From an uncultured Deinococcaceae bacterium (GTDB taxonomy: Bacteria; Deinococcota; Deinococci; Deinococcales; Deinococcaceae), in assembly GCA_964252075.1 (NCBI GenBank), contig CAXULY010000004.1, positions 154,585 to 218,584 of the forward strand: DNA of 64,000 nucleotides, given 5' to 3'. The number at the start of each line of letters is the position of its first letter. Within the stretch, counting starts at the first letter, position 1. Shown piece after piece: positions 41,262-54,931 of this stretch. The notes beneath the pieces are model-generated. The model was not told where the DNA came from, did no database searches, and saw only the letters and a program-made list of their open reading frames with translations. A program made the position numbers and the translations under genes.

Positions 41262-41269
41262 CATGGAGC

Positions 41270-41569
41270 ATGTCTCAAGTCGTGGGTCGGGTGCTGGCCA
41301 TTCTGGGCCTCATCATCCTGCTGGTCACAGCGGGCTTGCTGGCCAAGAACGCCATCGACATCAACCAGCTGCACGCGGTGTCCATCGCGAACCGCAGCTC
41401 GAACTTCTTCAACCCCGTGTACGAGGTCGCCACGGCCACCGGCCTCGGCGTCGTCGCGGGCCTACTGCTCGGCATGGGTCTGATCCTCGGGTCGCGCCGC
41501 ATCCGGCGGGGCGTCGCCGTGAACGAGGGCACCGCCGTCAGCGCGCCCGGCGTGCCCCCCAGGAACTGA
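41270..41569 (+). CDS. Small two-TM membrane protein
   Basis: Two hydrophobic helices; TAGCAT -10 5 nt before the ATG. Confidence 0.75.
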   Translation: MSQVVGRVLAILGLIILLVTAGLLAKNAIDINQLHAVSIANRSSNFFNPVYEVATATGLGVVAGLLLGMGLILGSRRIRRGVAVNEGTAVSAPGVPPRN

Positions 41570-41581
41570 CCCCGCAACACG

Positions 41582-41612
41582 GGAGGGGGCGGCCCACTGG
41601 GCCGCCCCCTCC
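41582..41612. terminator. Stem-loop between convergent genes
   Basis: GGAGGGGGCGGCCC-act-GGGCCGCCCCCTCC. Confidence 0.7.
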
Positions 41613-41621
41613 TCACGTCCC

Positions 41622-42539
41622 TTACTCGTAGCCGAGTTCGCGCAGCGCCTCAGTGTCCTCGCGCCAGCCGGGAATCACGATCACCTGCAGGCCCAGGAAC
41701 ACCTTGCGGTTCAGGAAGACCTCCAGCTGCTTGCGGGCCGCCTGCCCGATCTCACGCAGCTGCTTGCCGCCCGCGCCGATCACCATGCCCTTGTGCGCGT
41801 TCTTCTCCACCACGATCTCCGCCTCGATGCGCTGCAGGCCGTCCTGGCGCTCCGTCCAGTCCGTGACGCGCGTCGCGACGGCGTACGGCAGCTCCTCACG
41901 GAGCTTCTTCATGGCTTCCTCGCGCACGATCTCCGCCGCCCACTGCTCGCGCGGCTGGTCGCTCGCGGCGCCCAGCGGGAAGAAGAAGGGGTTCTCCGGC
42001 ATGAGCGCCAGGATCGCGTCGCGCACGTCCGCGACGGCGCGCGGGTCGTTCTGCGCGCTGAGGGTGAAGGTCTGCGTTTCCGCCTCGCGGCCCTCCAGGA
42101 GGGCCGTATACAGCTTCACGGCTTCGTCCGGGTACTTCGCGGCGTCCAGTTTGTTCCCGACCAGCAGCAGCGGCTTGGGCAGGTCGCGGATGGCGCGCGC
42201 CACGAGGCCGTCCTCGTCGGTGGGTGGGTGGCGGAGGTCCACGACCCACACGATGGCGTCCACGTCGCTGAGCGCGGCGTGCACCTCGCTGTTCATGTAC
42301 TTGCCGAGGGCGTCTTTGGGTTTGTGCAGGCCGGGCGTGTCCACGAAGACGATCTGCGCGCCCTCGAAGGTGTAGATGCCGCGCACGCCCTTGCGGGTGG
42401 TCTGCGGGCGCGGGCTGGTGGGCGCCACCTTCACGCCCAGGAGGCTGTTGAGGAGCGTGCTCTTGCCGACGTTGGGTTTCCCAACGATCGCCACGAAGCC
42501 CGCGCGTGTATCTGGAGTAGAGGCTTCGCTCTCGGTCAT
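41622..42539 (-). CDS. era: GTPase Era
   Basis: [25 protein letters not shown] domain VIG.GG..L..IG. Confidence 0.97.
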   Translation of the reverse strand: MTESEASTPDTRAGFVAIVGKPNVGKSTLLNSLLGVKVAPTSPRPQTTRKGVRGIYTFEGAQIVFVDTPGLHKPKDALGKYMNSEVHAALSDVDAIVWVVDLRHPPTDEDGLVARAIRDLPKPLLLVGNKLDAAKYPDEAVKLYTALLEGREAETQTFTLSAQNDPRAVADVRDAILALMPENPFFFPLGAASDQPREQWAAEIVREEAMKKLREELPYAVATRVTDWTERQDGLQRIEAEIVVEKNAHKGMVIGAGGKQLREIGQAARKQLEVFLNRKVFLGLQVIVIPGWREDTEALRELGYE

Positions 42540-42937
42540 AACGGAACAGTATCGCACACCCCCCGGCCACAAAGGGGAGTCGAACTGGGGTTTCAGGAGT
42601 CAGGGGACCGCCCAAGCCTCAACGCCACCCTTCCACCCGTGCTGCGAGCCTGAGCCACGCGAGGGAGGCTTGCCAGCGAATACCCGGCAACGCTTCCCAT
42701 AGAGCGAAGCGCCAAGCGACCAGGATCGGCGGTGGGAGGCAGAGAGCAGGTCAAGCCATGTCCCGGCCACCCATGCTCAGCGCAGCGTCGCTCCCCCCTG
42801 CCCCCTCTGGGGGTAGGGGGGCTGGGGGGGTGGGGGCCACCCGCACCATGAACCACGGTCACTGCCTCTCAAGCCATCACCCCGCGCCATCCCGCTCATG
42901 CCCGCCCTCACCTGCACCTCTTACACTGCCTTCAAGC

Positions 42938-43603
42938 ATGTTCGACCAGATTCCCCTGAACGACGACAGCCTGTACACCAACCCCGAGCCGCGCTGCCCG
43001 GTCGTGCTGGTGCTGGACTGCAGCCAGTCCATGCACGGCGAGCGCATCAATGAGCTGAACGCGGGCCTGAAGGCCTTCGAGGCGGACCTGCGCGATGACC
43101 CGCTGGCGCAGAAGCGCTGTGAGATCGCGATGGTGAGTTTTGGGAGCACCGTGCAGCTCGTGAATGATTTCGTGTCGGCGGAGTCGTTCCGGCCCGCGCA
43201 GCTCACGGCGTCCGGGAACACCCCGCTGGGAGGTGGCGTGGCGCGCGCGCTGGACTTGCTGGACGCGCGCAAGGGGCAGTACCGTCAGGCGGGCCTGAAG
43301 TACTACCGCCCGTGGGTGTTCCTCGTGACGGACGGCGCGCCGACGGACGCGTGGAAGGACGCGGCGCGGCGCGCGCGGGAGGGCGAGGAGCAGAGTCACT
43401 TCGCGTTCTTCGCGTTCGGGGTGCAGGGCGCGGACTTTGGGGTGCTGCGGGAGTTCAGCGCGAAGCGCCCGCCGCAGGAGCTGCGCGGGACGCGCTTCCG
43501 GGAGATGTTCCTGTGGTTGTCGTCGAGCCTGAAGCGGGTGTCGATGTCCACGCCGGGCACGGCGGTGCAGCTTCAGAAGCCCGGGGATGAGTGGACGGTC
43601 TGA
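42938..43603 (+). CDS. terY: TerY-like vWA protein (YegL-like)
   Basis: NPEPRCP..LVLDCSQSM (MIDAS), G.TP.G, YYRPWVFL.TDG.PTD, F.WLS.S. Confidence 0.92.
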   Translation: MFDQIPLNDDSLYTNPEPRCPVVLVLDCSQSMHGERINELNAGLKAFEADLRDDPLAQKRCEIAMVSFGSTVQLVNDFVSAESFRPAQLTASGNTPLGGGVARALDLLDARKGQYRQAGLKYYRPWVFLVTDGAPTDAWKDAARRAREGEEQSHFAFFAFGVQGADFGVLREFSAKRPPQELRGTRFREMFLWLSSSLKRVSMSTPGTAVQLQKPGDEWTV

Positions 43604-44364
43604 CGAGCGCGCCGCCTGAGGTGGGGGTGTGGCGGGTGGCGGGCGCGTCCGTGGCGGGCCGCGGGCACGTGGCGCTGGGTCTCCCCTGCCAGGACGCGCA
43701 CGCGGCGCGGGTGGTAGAGGGGCCGGACGGCGGGTCCTTCCTCATCGCGGTGGTGAGTGACGGGGCGGGCAGCGCGCGGCTCGCTGAGCGGGGGAGCCGC
43801 GCGGCGTGCGACTTCGCGGTGGAGCGCGTCGCGCAACTGCTGGGCGAGCGCAGCCTGATGGAACTGGACGCCCGGGCGCTCGTGGCGGACGTGCGCGCGC
43901 ACCTGGAGGCCCTCGCGGATGACCTGGAGGCGGGCGCGCGGGACCTTGCGTGCACGCTGCTGATGGCGGTGGTGGGGCCGGACGCCGCGTGGTTCGCGCA
44001 GGTGGGGGACGGCGGCGTGGTGTTCGGGGGCGAGGCGCTGGAGGTGGCGTTCTGGCCGGACGGCGGGGAGTACGCGAACGAGACGTACTTCGTGACGGAC
44101 GCGCCGCCCGAGCACATTCACGCGCGCACGGTGGGTGGGCCCACAACCCGGCTCGCGCTGTTCAGTGATGGCCTGCAGGGGCTGTGCCTGCGGTACGCGG
44201 AGCGCGCCCCGCACCCGCCGTTCTTCGAGGCGTTCTTCGGGGCCCTCGCGCGCGCCGAGGACCTGGGGGCCTTCGAGGGGGCGCTCGCGGGCACCCTGGC
44301 GCAGCCGCGCATTCAGGACCGCACGGACGACGACCTGACGCTGCTGCTCGCCCTGCGCCCGTGA
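43591..44364 (+). CDS. PP2C-like phosphatase (YegK-like)
   Basis: ASV.G..H...CQD, VSDGAGS, ACTL, QVGDG, GEYANET.F, FSDGL, RTDDD.TL. Confidence 0.9.
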   Translation: MDGLTSAPPEVGVWRVAGASVAGRGHVALGLPCQDAHAARVVEGPDGGSFLIAVVSDGAGSARLAERGSRAACDFAVERVAQLLGERSLMELDARALVADVRAHLEALADDLEAGARDLACTLLMAVVGPDAAWFAQVGDGGVVFGGEALEVAFWPDGGEYANETYFVTDAPPEHIHARTVGGPTTRLALFSDGLQGLCLRYAERAPHPPFFEAFFGALARAEDLGAFEGALAGTLAQPRIQDRTDDDLTLLLALRP

Positions 44365-46267
44365 CGACGAGCGCCACGCTCACGGACGCGCTGGGCCGCC
44401 CGGTGCGGCTCGCGCCCGGCAAGCCGCTCGGGGTGGGCGGTGAGGGCCGCGTGCACGCGGTGGAGGGGCAGCCTGCGCTGGTCGCGAAGGTGTACCACCA
44501 GCGCCCGGGCGCGCAGCGCGCGCGCAAACTCACGGTGATGGCGGACCTCGGCACGCCGCAGCTGCGGGCGGTGAGCGCGTGGCCGCAGGGCGTGCTGCTG
44601 GATGCGGGGCGGGTGGCGGGCGTGCTGCTGCCGCGCATGGACCTCGCGCGCGCGCGGCCCATCCATGACCTCACGGGGCCCGCGTCGCGCCTGCGGGTCT
44701 TCCCGGACGCCGATTACCGCTTCCTGGTGCGCGCGGCGCGCAACCTCGCGGCGGCGGTGGCGACCATTCACGCGCACGGGCAGGTGGTGGGGGACCTGAA
44801 CCCCAGCAACGTGTTCGTGACGCACCACGCGACCGTTACGCTGATCGACACGGATTCCTTTCAGGTGGTGGCGGGCGGCGAGCGCTTCCCCTGCCCGGTG
44901 GGCACGCCGGAGTTCACGCCGCCGGAACTGCAGGGCGCGGACCTGTCCATCACGCCGCGCACGCCGGACCACGACGCGTTCGGGCTGGCGACCTTCGTGT
45001 TCCAGCTCCTGTTCCTGGGGCAGTACCCGTGGGCGGGCGTGTACGCGGACGGGCGGTTCGTGGCGATGCCGGACGCCATCCGCGCGCATCACTTCGCGTG
45101 GGGGCAGGATGCGGCGCGCGTGGGCCTGCGCCCGCCGCGCCCGCCCTGGACAGCCTGCCGGACCCGGTGGCGGAGCTGTTCGAGCGGGCCTTCTCGGGGC
45201 GGACGCTGCGCCCGGACGCCGCGACGTGGGTGGGCGCGCTGGACGCCCTGCAGGGCGAGCTGGTCACGTGCGCGCTGAACGCCGGGCACGTGCACGTGCG
45301 GGGGCGGCACTGTCCGTGGTGCGCGGTGGAGGCCCGCACGAAGGCGACCTTCTTCGCGCCGCGCGGCCCGCAGACCACCAGCGCGCCGCCCGCACCCGCC
45401 GCAGACGTGGAGGCGCTGTGGCGGGAGGTGGAGGCCGTGCCGCCCCCGCCGCGCGTGCCGCTGCGCCTGCCGCCGCTGACCGTGCCCGTCACGCCGCGCG
45501 TGCGGGTCGCGCGGCGCTGGTCGAGCGCGGTGCTGGCGGTGGGCCTGACCCTCACCATCGTGGGGCTGTACCACGGGCTGCTGGCGTGGGCGGCGGCAGG
45601 CCTGCTGCTGTCCATCGTGGCCTTCGCGCGCAGCGTCACGTACCGCGGGGACCGCGCGACCCTTCGGCAGCTCGCGGCGCTGCACGCGGAACTCGGGGCG
45701 CTGGAGCGGGACTTCGTGGCGCAGGGCGAGGGCGGCGCGGCGTACGGCGCGGCGCTGCACGAGTTGCGGCAGGTGCGCGCGCAGCTTGCGGCGCTGCCCG
45801 GTCAGCTCGCCGCGCGCGAGGCCGAGGCGCTCGGCGCGCACCAGCGGCAGCGCCTGCACGAGCACCTGGATGGGCAGCCGCTGCACCCGGGCGTGGTGCC
45901 GGGCATCGGGGAGAAGCGGTTGTGGACGCTACACGCGCACGGCGTTGCGACCGCCGCGGACGTGGAAGCCGCGCGGCTCGCGGCCATCCCGGGCATCGGG
46001 GGCAAGACCAGCCGTCAGCTCCTGGCATGGCGGCAGGCGCTGGAGGCAGGGTTCCACGCGCGCGGCCCGCTCGCGCTGCCCGCAAGCGCGCGCGCGGAGG
46101 TGCGGCGTCAGGCGGACGTGGAGGCGCGCACCCTCACGGAGCGCCTGCAGCATGGGCCCGCCGCGCTGCGCCACGCGCACCTCCTCGCGCAGCAGGAGCA
46201 CGCGCGCGTGCAGGGGGAAATTGAGGCGCGCGCCCGCACCCGCGAACTGCTGATTCAGATGCTGTAA
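44361..46267 (+). pseudogene. YegI-like Ser/Thr kinase-TM-HhH protein with one frameshift near 45131-45140
   Basis: G.GGEG.V, AKVY, VVGDLNPSN, IDTDSF, EFTPPELQ in one frame; LFERAF..RP, C...H....CPWC, TM and PGIG HhH motifs continue in another. Confidence 0.85.
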
Positions 46268-46296
46268 AAAAACCCCCTCCGCTCGGAGGGGGTTTC
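46266..46296. terminator. Bidirectional intrinsic terminator
   Basis: A-run, AAACCCCCTCCG-ct-CGGAGGGGGTTT, between the kinase stop and the tRNA 3' end. Confidence 0.8.
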
Positions 46297-46300
46297 GTTC

Positions 46301-46377
46301 TGGCGGGCCCTGAAGGATTCGAACCTACGACCTGCGGTTTTGGAGACCGACGCTCTACCAGGCTGAGCTAAGGACCC
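46301..46377 (-). tRNA. tRNA-Trp (CCA)
   Basis: GGGTCCT/AGGGCCC acceptor stem, TAGCTCAG..TGGTAGAGC D-arm, CT-CCA-AA loop, GGTTCGAATCC T-arm, encoded CCA end. Confidence 0.96.
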
Positions 46378-46389
46378 GAACGCCCAGGG

Positions 46390-46418
46390 ATTCTAGCAAA
46401 GCCCACGGGGGCTGTAAA
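46390..46418 (-). promoter_or_regulatory. tRNA promoter
   Basis: TTTACA-17-TAGAAT with TGn extension. Confidence 0.75.
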
Positions 46419-46433
46419 GGCAGGCGAAGCGGC

Positions 46434-47264
46434 TTACTCGGGGCGCGGGCGGGCGGGGCGCGGCGCGTCCGGGGCCTTCATGGGCGTGAGTTCGTCGGGG
46501 CGCACGCCCGCGAGGAGGCCGTCGTCGGTGTACACGTCCACGGTGCCCGCCAGCGGGTTGAGCTTCACGACCTTGCCGCAGCTGCCGGACGCGGTGTGGC
46601 ACACGCGGGCGTTCTTGCGCGGCAGGTCCTTGAGGAGGTCCTGGTACGTGCCGTGCTCGTACTGCAGGCAGCACAGGAGGCGCCCGCACGGCCCGGAGAG
46701 CTTGTCGGGGTTCAGTGGGAGCTGCTGGTCACGCGCCATGCGGATGGAGACGGGGGCGAAGTCCTGCAGGTGCGTGCTGGAGCAGTTCTCGCGCCCGCAC
46801 GCGCCGAGCGTGCCGAGCATCTGCGCCTGCTCGCGCGGCCCGACCGCCGCGAAGTTCACCTTCGCGCGGGTGTGCGCGCGCAGGTCCTGCACGAGCGCGC
46901 CGAGTTCGATGCGCTCCTCGGCGCTGTAACTGACGGTCAGGAGGCCGCCGTCAAGGGTGTACTCGGCCGCGACGATCTTCACGCCGAGGCCGCGCTCGCG
47001 CGCGCGGGCGCGCAGCACCCACTTGAGGTCCTCCGCCTCACGGCTGAGTTCCTCCCAGCGCTCGAGGTCCTCGGGGGTGGCCTCGCGCAGCACGCTGCCG
47101 TAGCGGCCTTCCTCGGGCATGGGCTCGGCCTCGCCGCGCACGCGCGCCACCTCGGGGCCGCGCTTGCCCTGCACCACCACGCGCGTGTCGAGCGGGTAGG
47201 GCGTGGCGGTCATCATGCCGTGCAGGCGCGGCGAGTGGTCGAAGCGAACGGGCTGAATGAACAT
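46434..47264 (-). CDS. PSP1-domain (YaaT/RicT-like) protein
   Basis: [41 protein letters not shown]. Confidence 0.92.
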   Translation of the reverse strand: MFIQPVRFDHSPRLHGMMTATPYPLDTRVVVQGKRGPEVARVRGEAEPMPEEGRYGSVLREATPEDLERWEELSREAEDLKWVLRARARERGLGVKIVAAEYTLDGGLLTVSYSAEERIELGALVQDLRAHTRAKVNFAAVGPREQAQMLGTLGACGRENCSSTHLQDFAPVSIRMARDQQLPLNPDKLSGPCGRLLCCLQYEHGTYQDLLKDLPRKNARVCHTASGSCGKVVKLNPLAGTVDVYTDDGLLAGVRPDELTPMKAPDAPRPARPRPE

Positions 47265-47311
47265 GAGTGCCTTAAGATTTCACGAATCCCGAGGGCGCGT
47301 CGAGAGGTGCG

Positions 47312-47923
47312 TCACGAACGGCGCGTGATGAGCACCAGCAGTTCCAGCGTGTCCTCAAGGGGCAGGGTCGGGGTGGTGGGTGGGGGCTGGCCCAGGGCCG
47401 CCGCGAGGTCCCGTAGGTCCACCGCCCGCGTGAGGCGGATGGGGACGCGCAGGCGCCGCACCTCAGGCGGGCCGAAGGGGGTGAGCAGGGACCGCAGGGC
47501 ACCCTCGGGGTCGGTGGCGGGGGCCGTTTGCTCCACCAGTGCCCAGAAGCGCGCGAGGTGCGCGGGCGTCTGGCGCGCCACGACCAGCCGCCCGCCCGGG
47601 CGCAGCACCCGCCACGCCTCCGCGAGCGCCCTTGGTGCGTTCAGATGGTCCAGCACGCGCACCAGCAGGGCCACGTCAAAGCGGGCGTCCGGGGAGGGCA
47701 GGGCGTGCGCGTCGCCCCGCTGCACGCCCGCGCCGGGCCGCAAGTCCAGACCCACCAGCTGCCCGGTGTGCCCGCTCGCCCGCAGGGCGGCGAGCAGGTC
47801 CCCGTCCGCCGCCCCCACATCCAGCACGTCCGCTTCCGCCGAGAGCGCCAGCGCGTCCAGCAGCGGCCCGTGCGGCCACGCCACGCCGCTCAGGCGGGAC
47901 AGCAGGGCGTCGCGGGTGTTCAC
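47312..47923 (-). CDS. Class I SAM-dependent methyltransferase
   Basis: VLDVGAADG, GLD, GDA.ALP..D..FD, RVLRPGG; GTGA overlap with the transporter. Confidence 0.85.
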   Translation of the reverse strand: MNTRDALLSRLSGVAWPHGPLLDALALSAEADVLDVGAADGDLLAALRASGHTGQLVGLDLRPGAGVQRGDAHALPSPDARFDVALLVRVLDHLNAPRALAEAWRVLRPGGRLVVARQTPAHLARFWALVEQTAPATDPEGALRSLLTPFGPPEVRRLRVPIRLTRAVDLRDLAAALGQPPPTTPTLPLEDTLELLVLITRRS

Positions 47924-49290
47924 GCGCCGCGGTTCAGGTCCCGCTGGATCTGGTCGAAGGTCTTGCCGCGCGTCTCGGGCACGAGGCGCAGCACGAACAC
48001 GAAGGCCAGCACGGTCACGGCGGCGTAGATGAAGAAGGTCGGGGTGGGGCCCGCCGCCTGGATGAGCAGCGGGAAGGTCAGCGCGACGATCAGGTTGCTG
48101 CCCCAGTTCGCCATGGTGGCGACGCTCATGGCGCGCCCGCGCACGTCCTGCGGGTAGATCTCCGCGATGAGCAGCCAGAACACCGGCCCCAGGCCGATCG
48201 CGAAGGCCGCGATGTACAGCGCGAGGCTCAGCGCGGCGGGCAGGCCCGCGCTGCGCGACAGGAACGACAGGCCGAGCGCGATGAGGCCCAGGACCATGCC
48301 GCCGATGCCCCACAGCAGCAGCGCGCGGCGCCCCACGCGGTCCAGCAGGAACTGCGAGACGACCGTGAACACCACGTTCACGACGCCCACCCCGGCGGTC
48401 GCGAGGATCGCGGCGGACGCACTCTCCAGGCCCGCCTGCTGGAAGATGGTGGGCGCGTAGTAGATGACGGTGTTGATGCCCGTCACCTGCTGGAAGATCG
48501 CGAGGCCCACCCCGATCCACAGGGCGGTGCGCACGCCGGGGCGCAGCACGGCGCTCCAGGGGGCGTGCGCGGGCTCCCGCCCGAGTTCCTGGCGCAGGTC
48601 GCTGAGGAGGCGCTCGGTCTGCGCGTCCGTGGTGGTGGCGCGCGCGAGGGCGGCGCGCGCGGCGGCCTCGCGGCCCTGCGCGAGCAGGAAGCGCGGGCTT
48701 TCCGGCAGCAGGAACAGCCCGAGGAACATCAGCACGGCGGGAATCGCGGCGATGGCGAACATGTACCGCCAGCCGCCCTCGTACGCGAAGAGGTAATTCA
48801 CGCCGTAACTCACGAGGATGCCGATGGTGATGAGCAGCTGGTTGGCCGTGACGAGCGCGCCGCGCAGCTCGGGCGGGCTGACCTCGCCGATGTAGAGCGG
48901 CACCACGAAGCTCGCCAGGCCAATTGCGAGGCCCACGATGACGCGGCCCACCACCAGCCACTCGGGGGTGTTCACGAAGGCCGTGAAGACCGCGCCGAGC
49001 GCGAACAGCAGGCTGGTGCCGAACAGCACGTTGCGGCGCCCCAGGCGGTCGGTGAGGCTGCCGCCCGCCAGCGCCCCCACGAAGGCGCCCGCCAGCACGG
49101 CGGACACCACCACGCCCTGCATCAGGGGTGTGAGCTGGAAGCTCTGCCGGATGTACAGCAGCGCGCCGCTGATGACGCCCGTGTCGAACCCGAAGAGCAG
49201 GCCGCCCAGCGCGGTGATGATGGCGGCGGTGATGAGGAAGGGGCGCCTGTACTGGGGCCTGACCTGAGGTTCGGGGTGCGCGCGGCTCAT
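47920..49290 (-). CDS. MFS sugar porter
   Basis: GGLLFGFDTGVISGA, DRLGRR, PESPRFL, QQVTGINTVIYY, PETRGKT. Confidence 0.95.
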   Translation of the reverse strand: MSRAHPEPQVRPQYRRPFLITAAIITALGGLLFGFDTGVISGALLYIRQSFQLTPLMQGVVVSAVLAGAFVGALAGGSLTDRLGRRNVLFGTSLLFALGAVFTAFVNTPEWLVVGRVIVGLAIGLASFVVPLYIGEVSPPELRGALVTANQLLITIGILVSYGVNYLFAYEGGWRYMFAIAAIPAVLMFLGLFLLPESPRFLLAQGREAAARAALARATTTDAQTERLLSDLRQELGREPAHAPWSAVLRPGVRTALWIGVGLAIFQQVTGINTVIYYAPTIFQQAGLESASAAILATAGVGVVNVVFTVVSQFLLDRVGRRALLLWGIGGMVLGLIALGLSFLSRSAGLPAALSLALYIAAFAIGLGPVFWLLIAEIYPQDVRGRAMSVATMANWGSNLIVALTFPLLIQAAGPTPTFFIYAAVTVLAFVFVLRLVPETRGKTFDQIQRDLNRGA

Positions 49291-49478
49291 GACCTGCCTC
49301 TCCGCCCAGCGTGAGGGCGCCGGGCCAACGAAACAGCATGGCGCTGGGCCGCGCGCGCACACATGAAAATGCGCCCAACCGCGCTCAAGCTTTTCAGATG
49401 AAAGCATTTGAGGTGGGTCAAGGCGCGCGCATGAACCCGTGGACGGCGAACGCTGGGGTTCGCCGCCCACGGCGGCGG

Positions 49479-50816
<1,338 letters not shown>

Positions 50817-50898
50817 GGTGCGCCCTCAGTGTTCAGCCACCCGCGTGCCCGCCCGCGCCCATCGGGACTCGCGGCCAGCACGCGGGTGGCTGCGGGTG

Positions 50899-51369
<471 letters not shown>

Positions 51370-51420
51370 CGGGCCTCCCTGGGCGTCACGTACACGAACG
51401 TTTGCTCGTCAGCGAACAGC

Positions 51421-51446
51421 AAAAAACGCCGCCCGGAGGGGCGGCG
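51421..51446 (-). terminator. Intrinsic terminator after efp
   Basis: CGCCGCCC-4-GGGCGGCG followed by T6 on the minus strand. Confidence 0.8.
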
Positions 51447-51453
51447 CTGGTGT

Positions 51454-52011
51454 TCAGGCGCGGCCCAGGTACTCGCCGGTGCGCGTGTCCACCTTCACGT
51501 TGGTGTCCTGCTCCACGAACAGCGGCACCTGCACCACGGCGCCCGTCTCGAGCGTCGCGGCCTTCGTGCCGCCCGACACCGTGTCGCCGCGCACGCCGGG
51601 GTCGGTCTGCACGATCTTCAGGATGATCTGGTTCGGCAGGGTGATCTTGAGGGCCTTCTCGCCGTACATCTGCACCTCGACCTCCATGTTCTCCTTGAGG
51701 AACTTGGCGGCGTCACCGGCCAGCACGGGCGGCAGGCTCACCTGGTCGAAGGTCTCCATGTCCATGAAGATGTAGTCGTTGCCGTCCTTGTAGAGGTACT
51801 GCATGGGCTTGGACTCCACGAAGATGTCCTGCACCTTTTCCGTGCTGTTGAAGGTGCGGTCCACGATGGACCCCGTCTCCATGTTGCGGAACTTCGTGAC
51901 GACCTTCGCGCCGCCGCGCCCCATCTTCAGGTGCGAGTAATCCAGGCACTCCCACAGGCCGCCGTCCATCTCCACTTTGGTTCCGTTTCGCAAATCGGTC
52001 ACGCTAATCAT
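51454..52011 (-). CDS. efp: Elongation factor P (Arg-type loop)
   Basis: KMGRGGA loop, PGVRGDTVSGG.K.A.LETG, VDTRTGEY. Confidence 0.96.
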   Translation of the reverse strand: MISVTDLRNGTKVEMDGGLWECLDYSHLKMGRGGAKVVTKFRNMETGSIVDRTFNSTEKVQDIFVESKPMQYLYKDGNDYIFMDMETFDQVSLPPVLAGDAAKFLKENMEVEVQMYGEKALKITLPNQIILKIVQTDPGVRGDTVSGGTKAATLETGAVVQVPLFVEQDTNVKVDTRTGEYLGRA

Positions 52012-52093
52012 TGAGGGCTCCTTACACGCTGCGCCGGGCAGCAACCTGTCCATTTTAACCGAGGAAGCGCTCCGTGGGGAGTGGGGCCTCCCC

Positions 52094-54193
<2,100 letters not shown>

Positions 54194-54247
54194 GAGCCGA
54201 GTGTACGGGGAAGGCGCGCGGCCCGCCGTGTCCCTGAAGGCCAGACG

Positions 54248-54280
54248 AAGGGAGCGCCCCCAGTGTGGGGGCGCTCCCTT
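54248..54280 (-). terminator. Stem-loop after the PQQ operon
   Basis: Perfect 15-bp AAGGGAGCGCCCCCA-gtg-TGGGGGCGCTCCCTT. Confidence 0.7.
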
Positions 54281-54289
54281 GTGGGGTGC

Positions 54290-54931
54290 TCAGCGGTACT
54301 TGCTGAGGTTCACGGGCAGGCGGAAGGCCTTGCCGCTGGCGTCCGTGAAGCTCAGGGTGCCGCTGGCATTCTGCGCCTGCGTGGGCAGCTTGAACTGGTA
54401 CGTGATGGTCCCCACGAAGCGAATGCCGATCTCCCCCACCGTCCGTGGGTACTGCGACGGCGAGACGTCCGAGCGGTCCGTGGCGGTGGGCTTCAGGGTC
54501 TGCCCGCCGACCTGCAGGGTGGCCGCCGAGAAGTTCTGCAGGAACTTGTCGTCGGTGGCGTTCACGCCGTGCGCGAACACGATGAACTCCACGCTGCCGT
54601 TCGGGAGGTCCGCGCGTTCCCGCGCCTGCTGGACCGTGATCTGGTCCTCGCCCAGCACGCTGATGAAGGCCTCGTAGCGCGTGCGTTCGAAGGGCGTGCC
54701 GAGCACCACGGCGTCCACCGCGCCGTTCTGCGGCTCCAGCTTGAGGGCGTCACTCACCGCGTAGATGGCGTACGCCGCGACGGGGTAGCCGCCCTCGGGG
54801 TTCTGCGCGAGGCGCACGCCCTCGTTGTACGCCTCGGTGAGCTGCGGCGTGCCGGGAGACGGGATGAGGGCCAGACCGCCGCCCGAGGTCAGCAGAACCA
54901 GCGTGATCAGGTGACGGCGCAGCCTGCTCAT
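54290..54931 (-). CDS. Exported hypothetical protein
   Basis: Signal-peptide-like N-terminus; ATGA overlap with the PQQ enzyme gene. Confidence 0.8.
   Translation of the reverse strand: MSRLRRHLITLVLLTSGGGLALIPSPGTPQLTEAYNEGVRLAQNPEGGYPVAAYAIYAVSDALKLEPQNGAVDAVVLGTPFERTRYEAFISVLGEDQITVQQARERADLPNGSVEFIVFAHGVNATDDKFLQNFSAATLQVGGQTLKPTATDRSDVSPSQYPRTVGEIGIRFVGTITYQFKLPTQAQNASGTLSFTDASGKAFRLPVNLSKYR

Noticed and set aside
42540..46377. TerY-P locus as a tRNA-integrated island
   Set aside because: No integrase and no duplicate of the tRNA 3' end found by eye; composition is similar to the host
51454..52011. EF-P with Arg (MGRG) rather than Lys (PGKG)
   Set aside because: Known type in Deinococcus-Thermus; not novel
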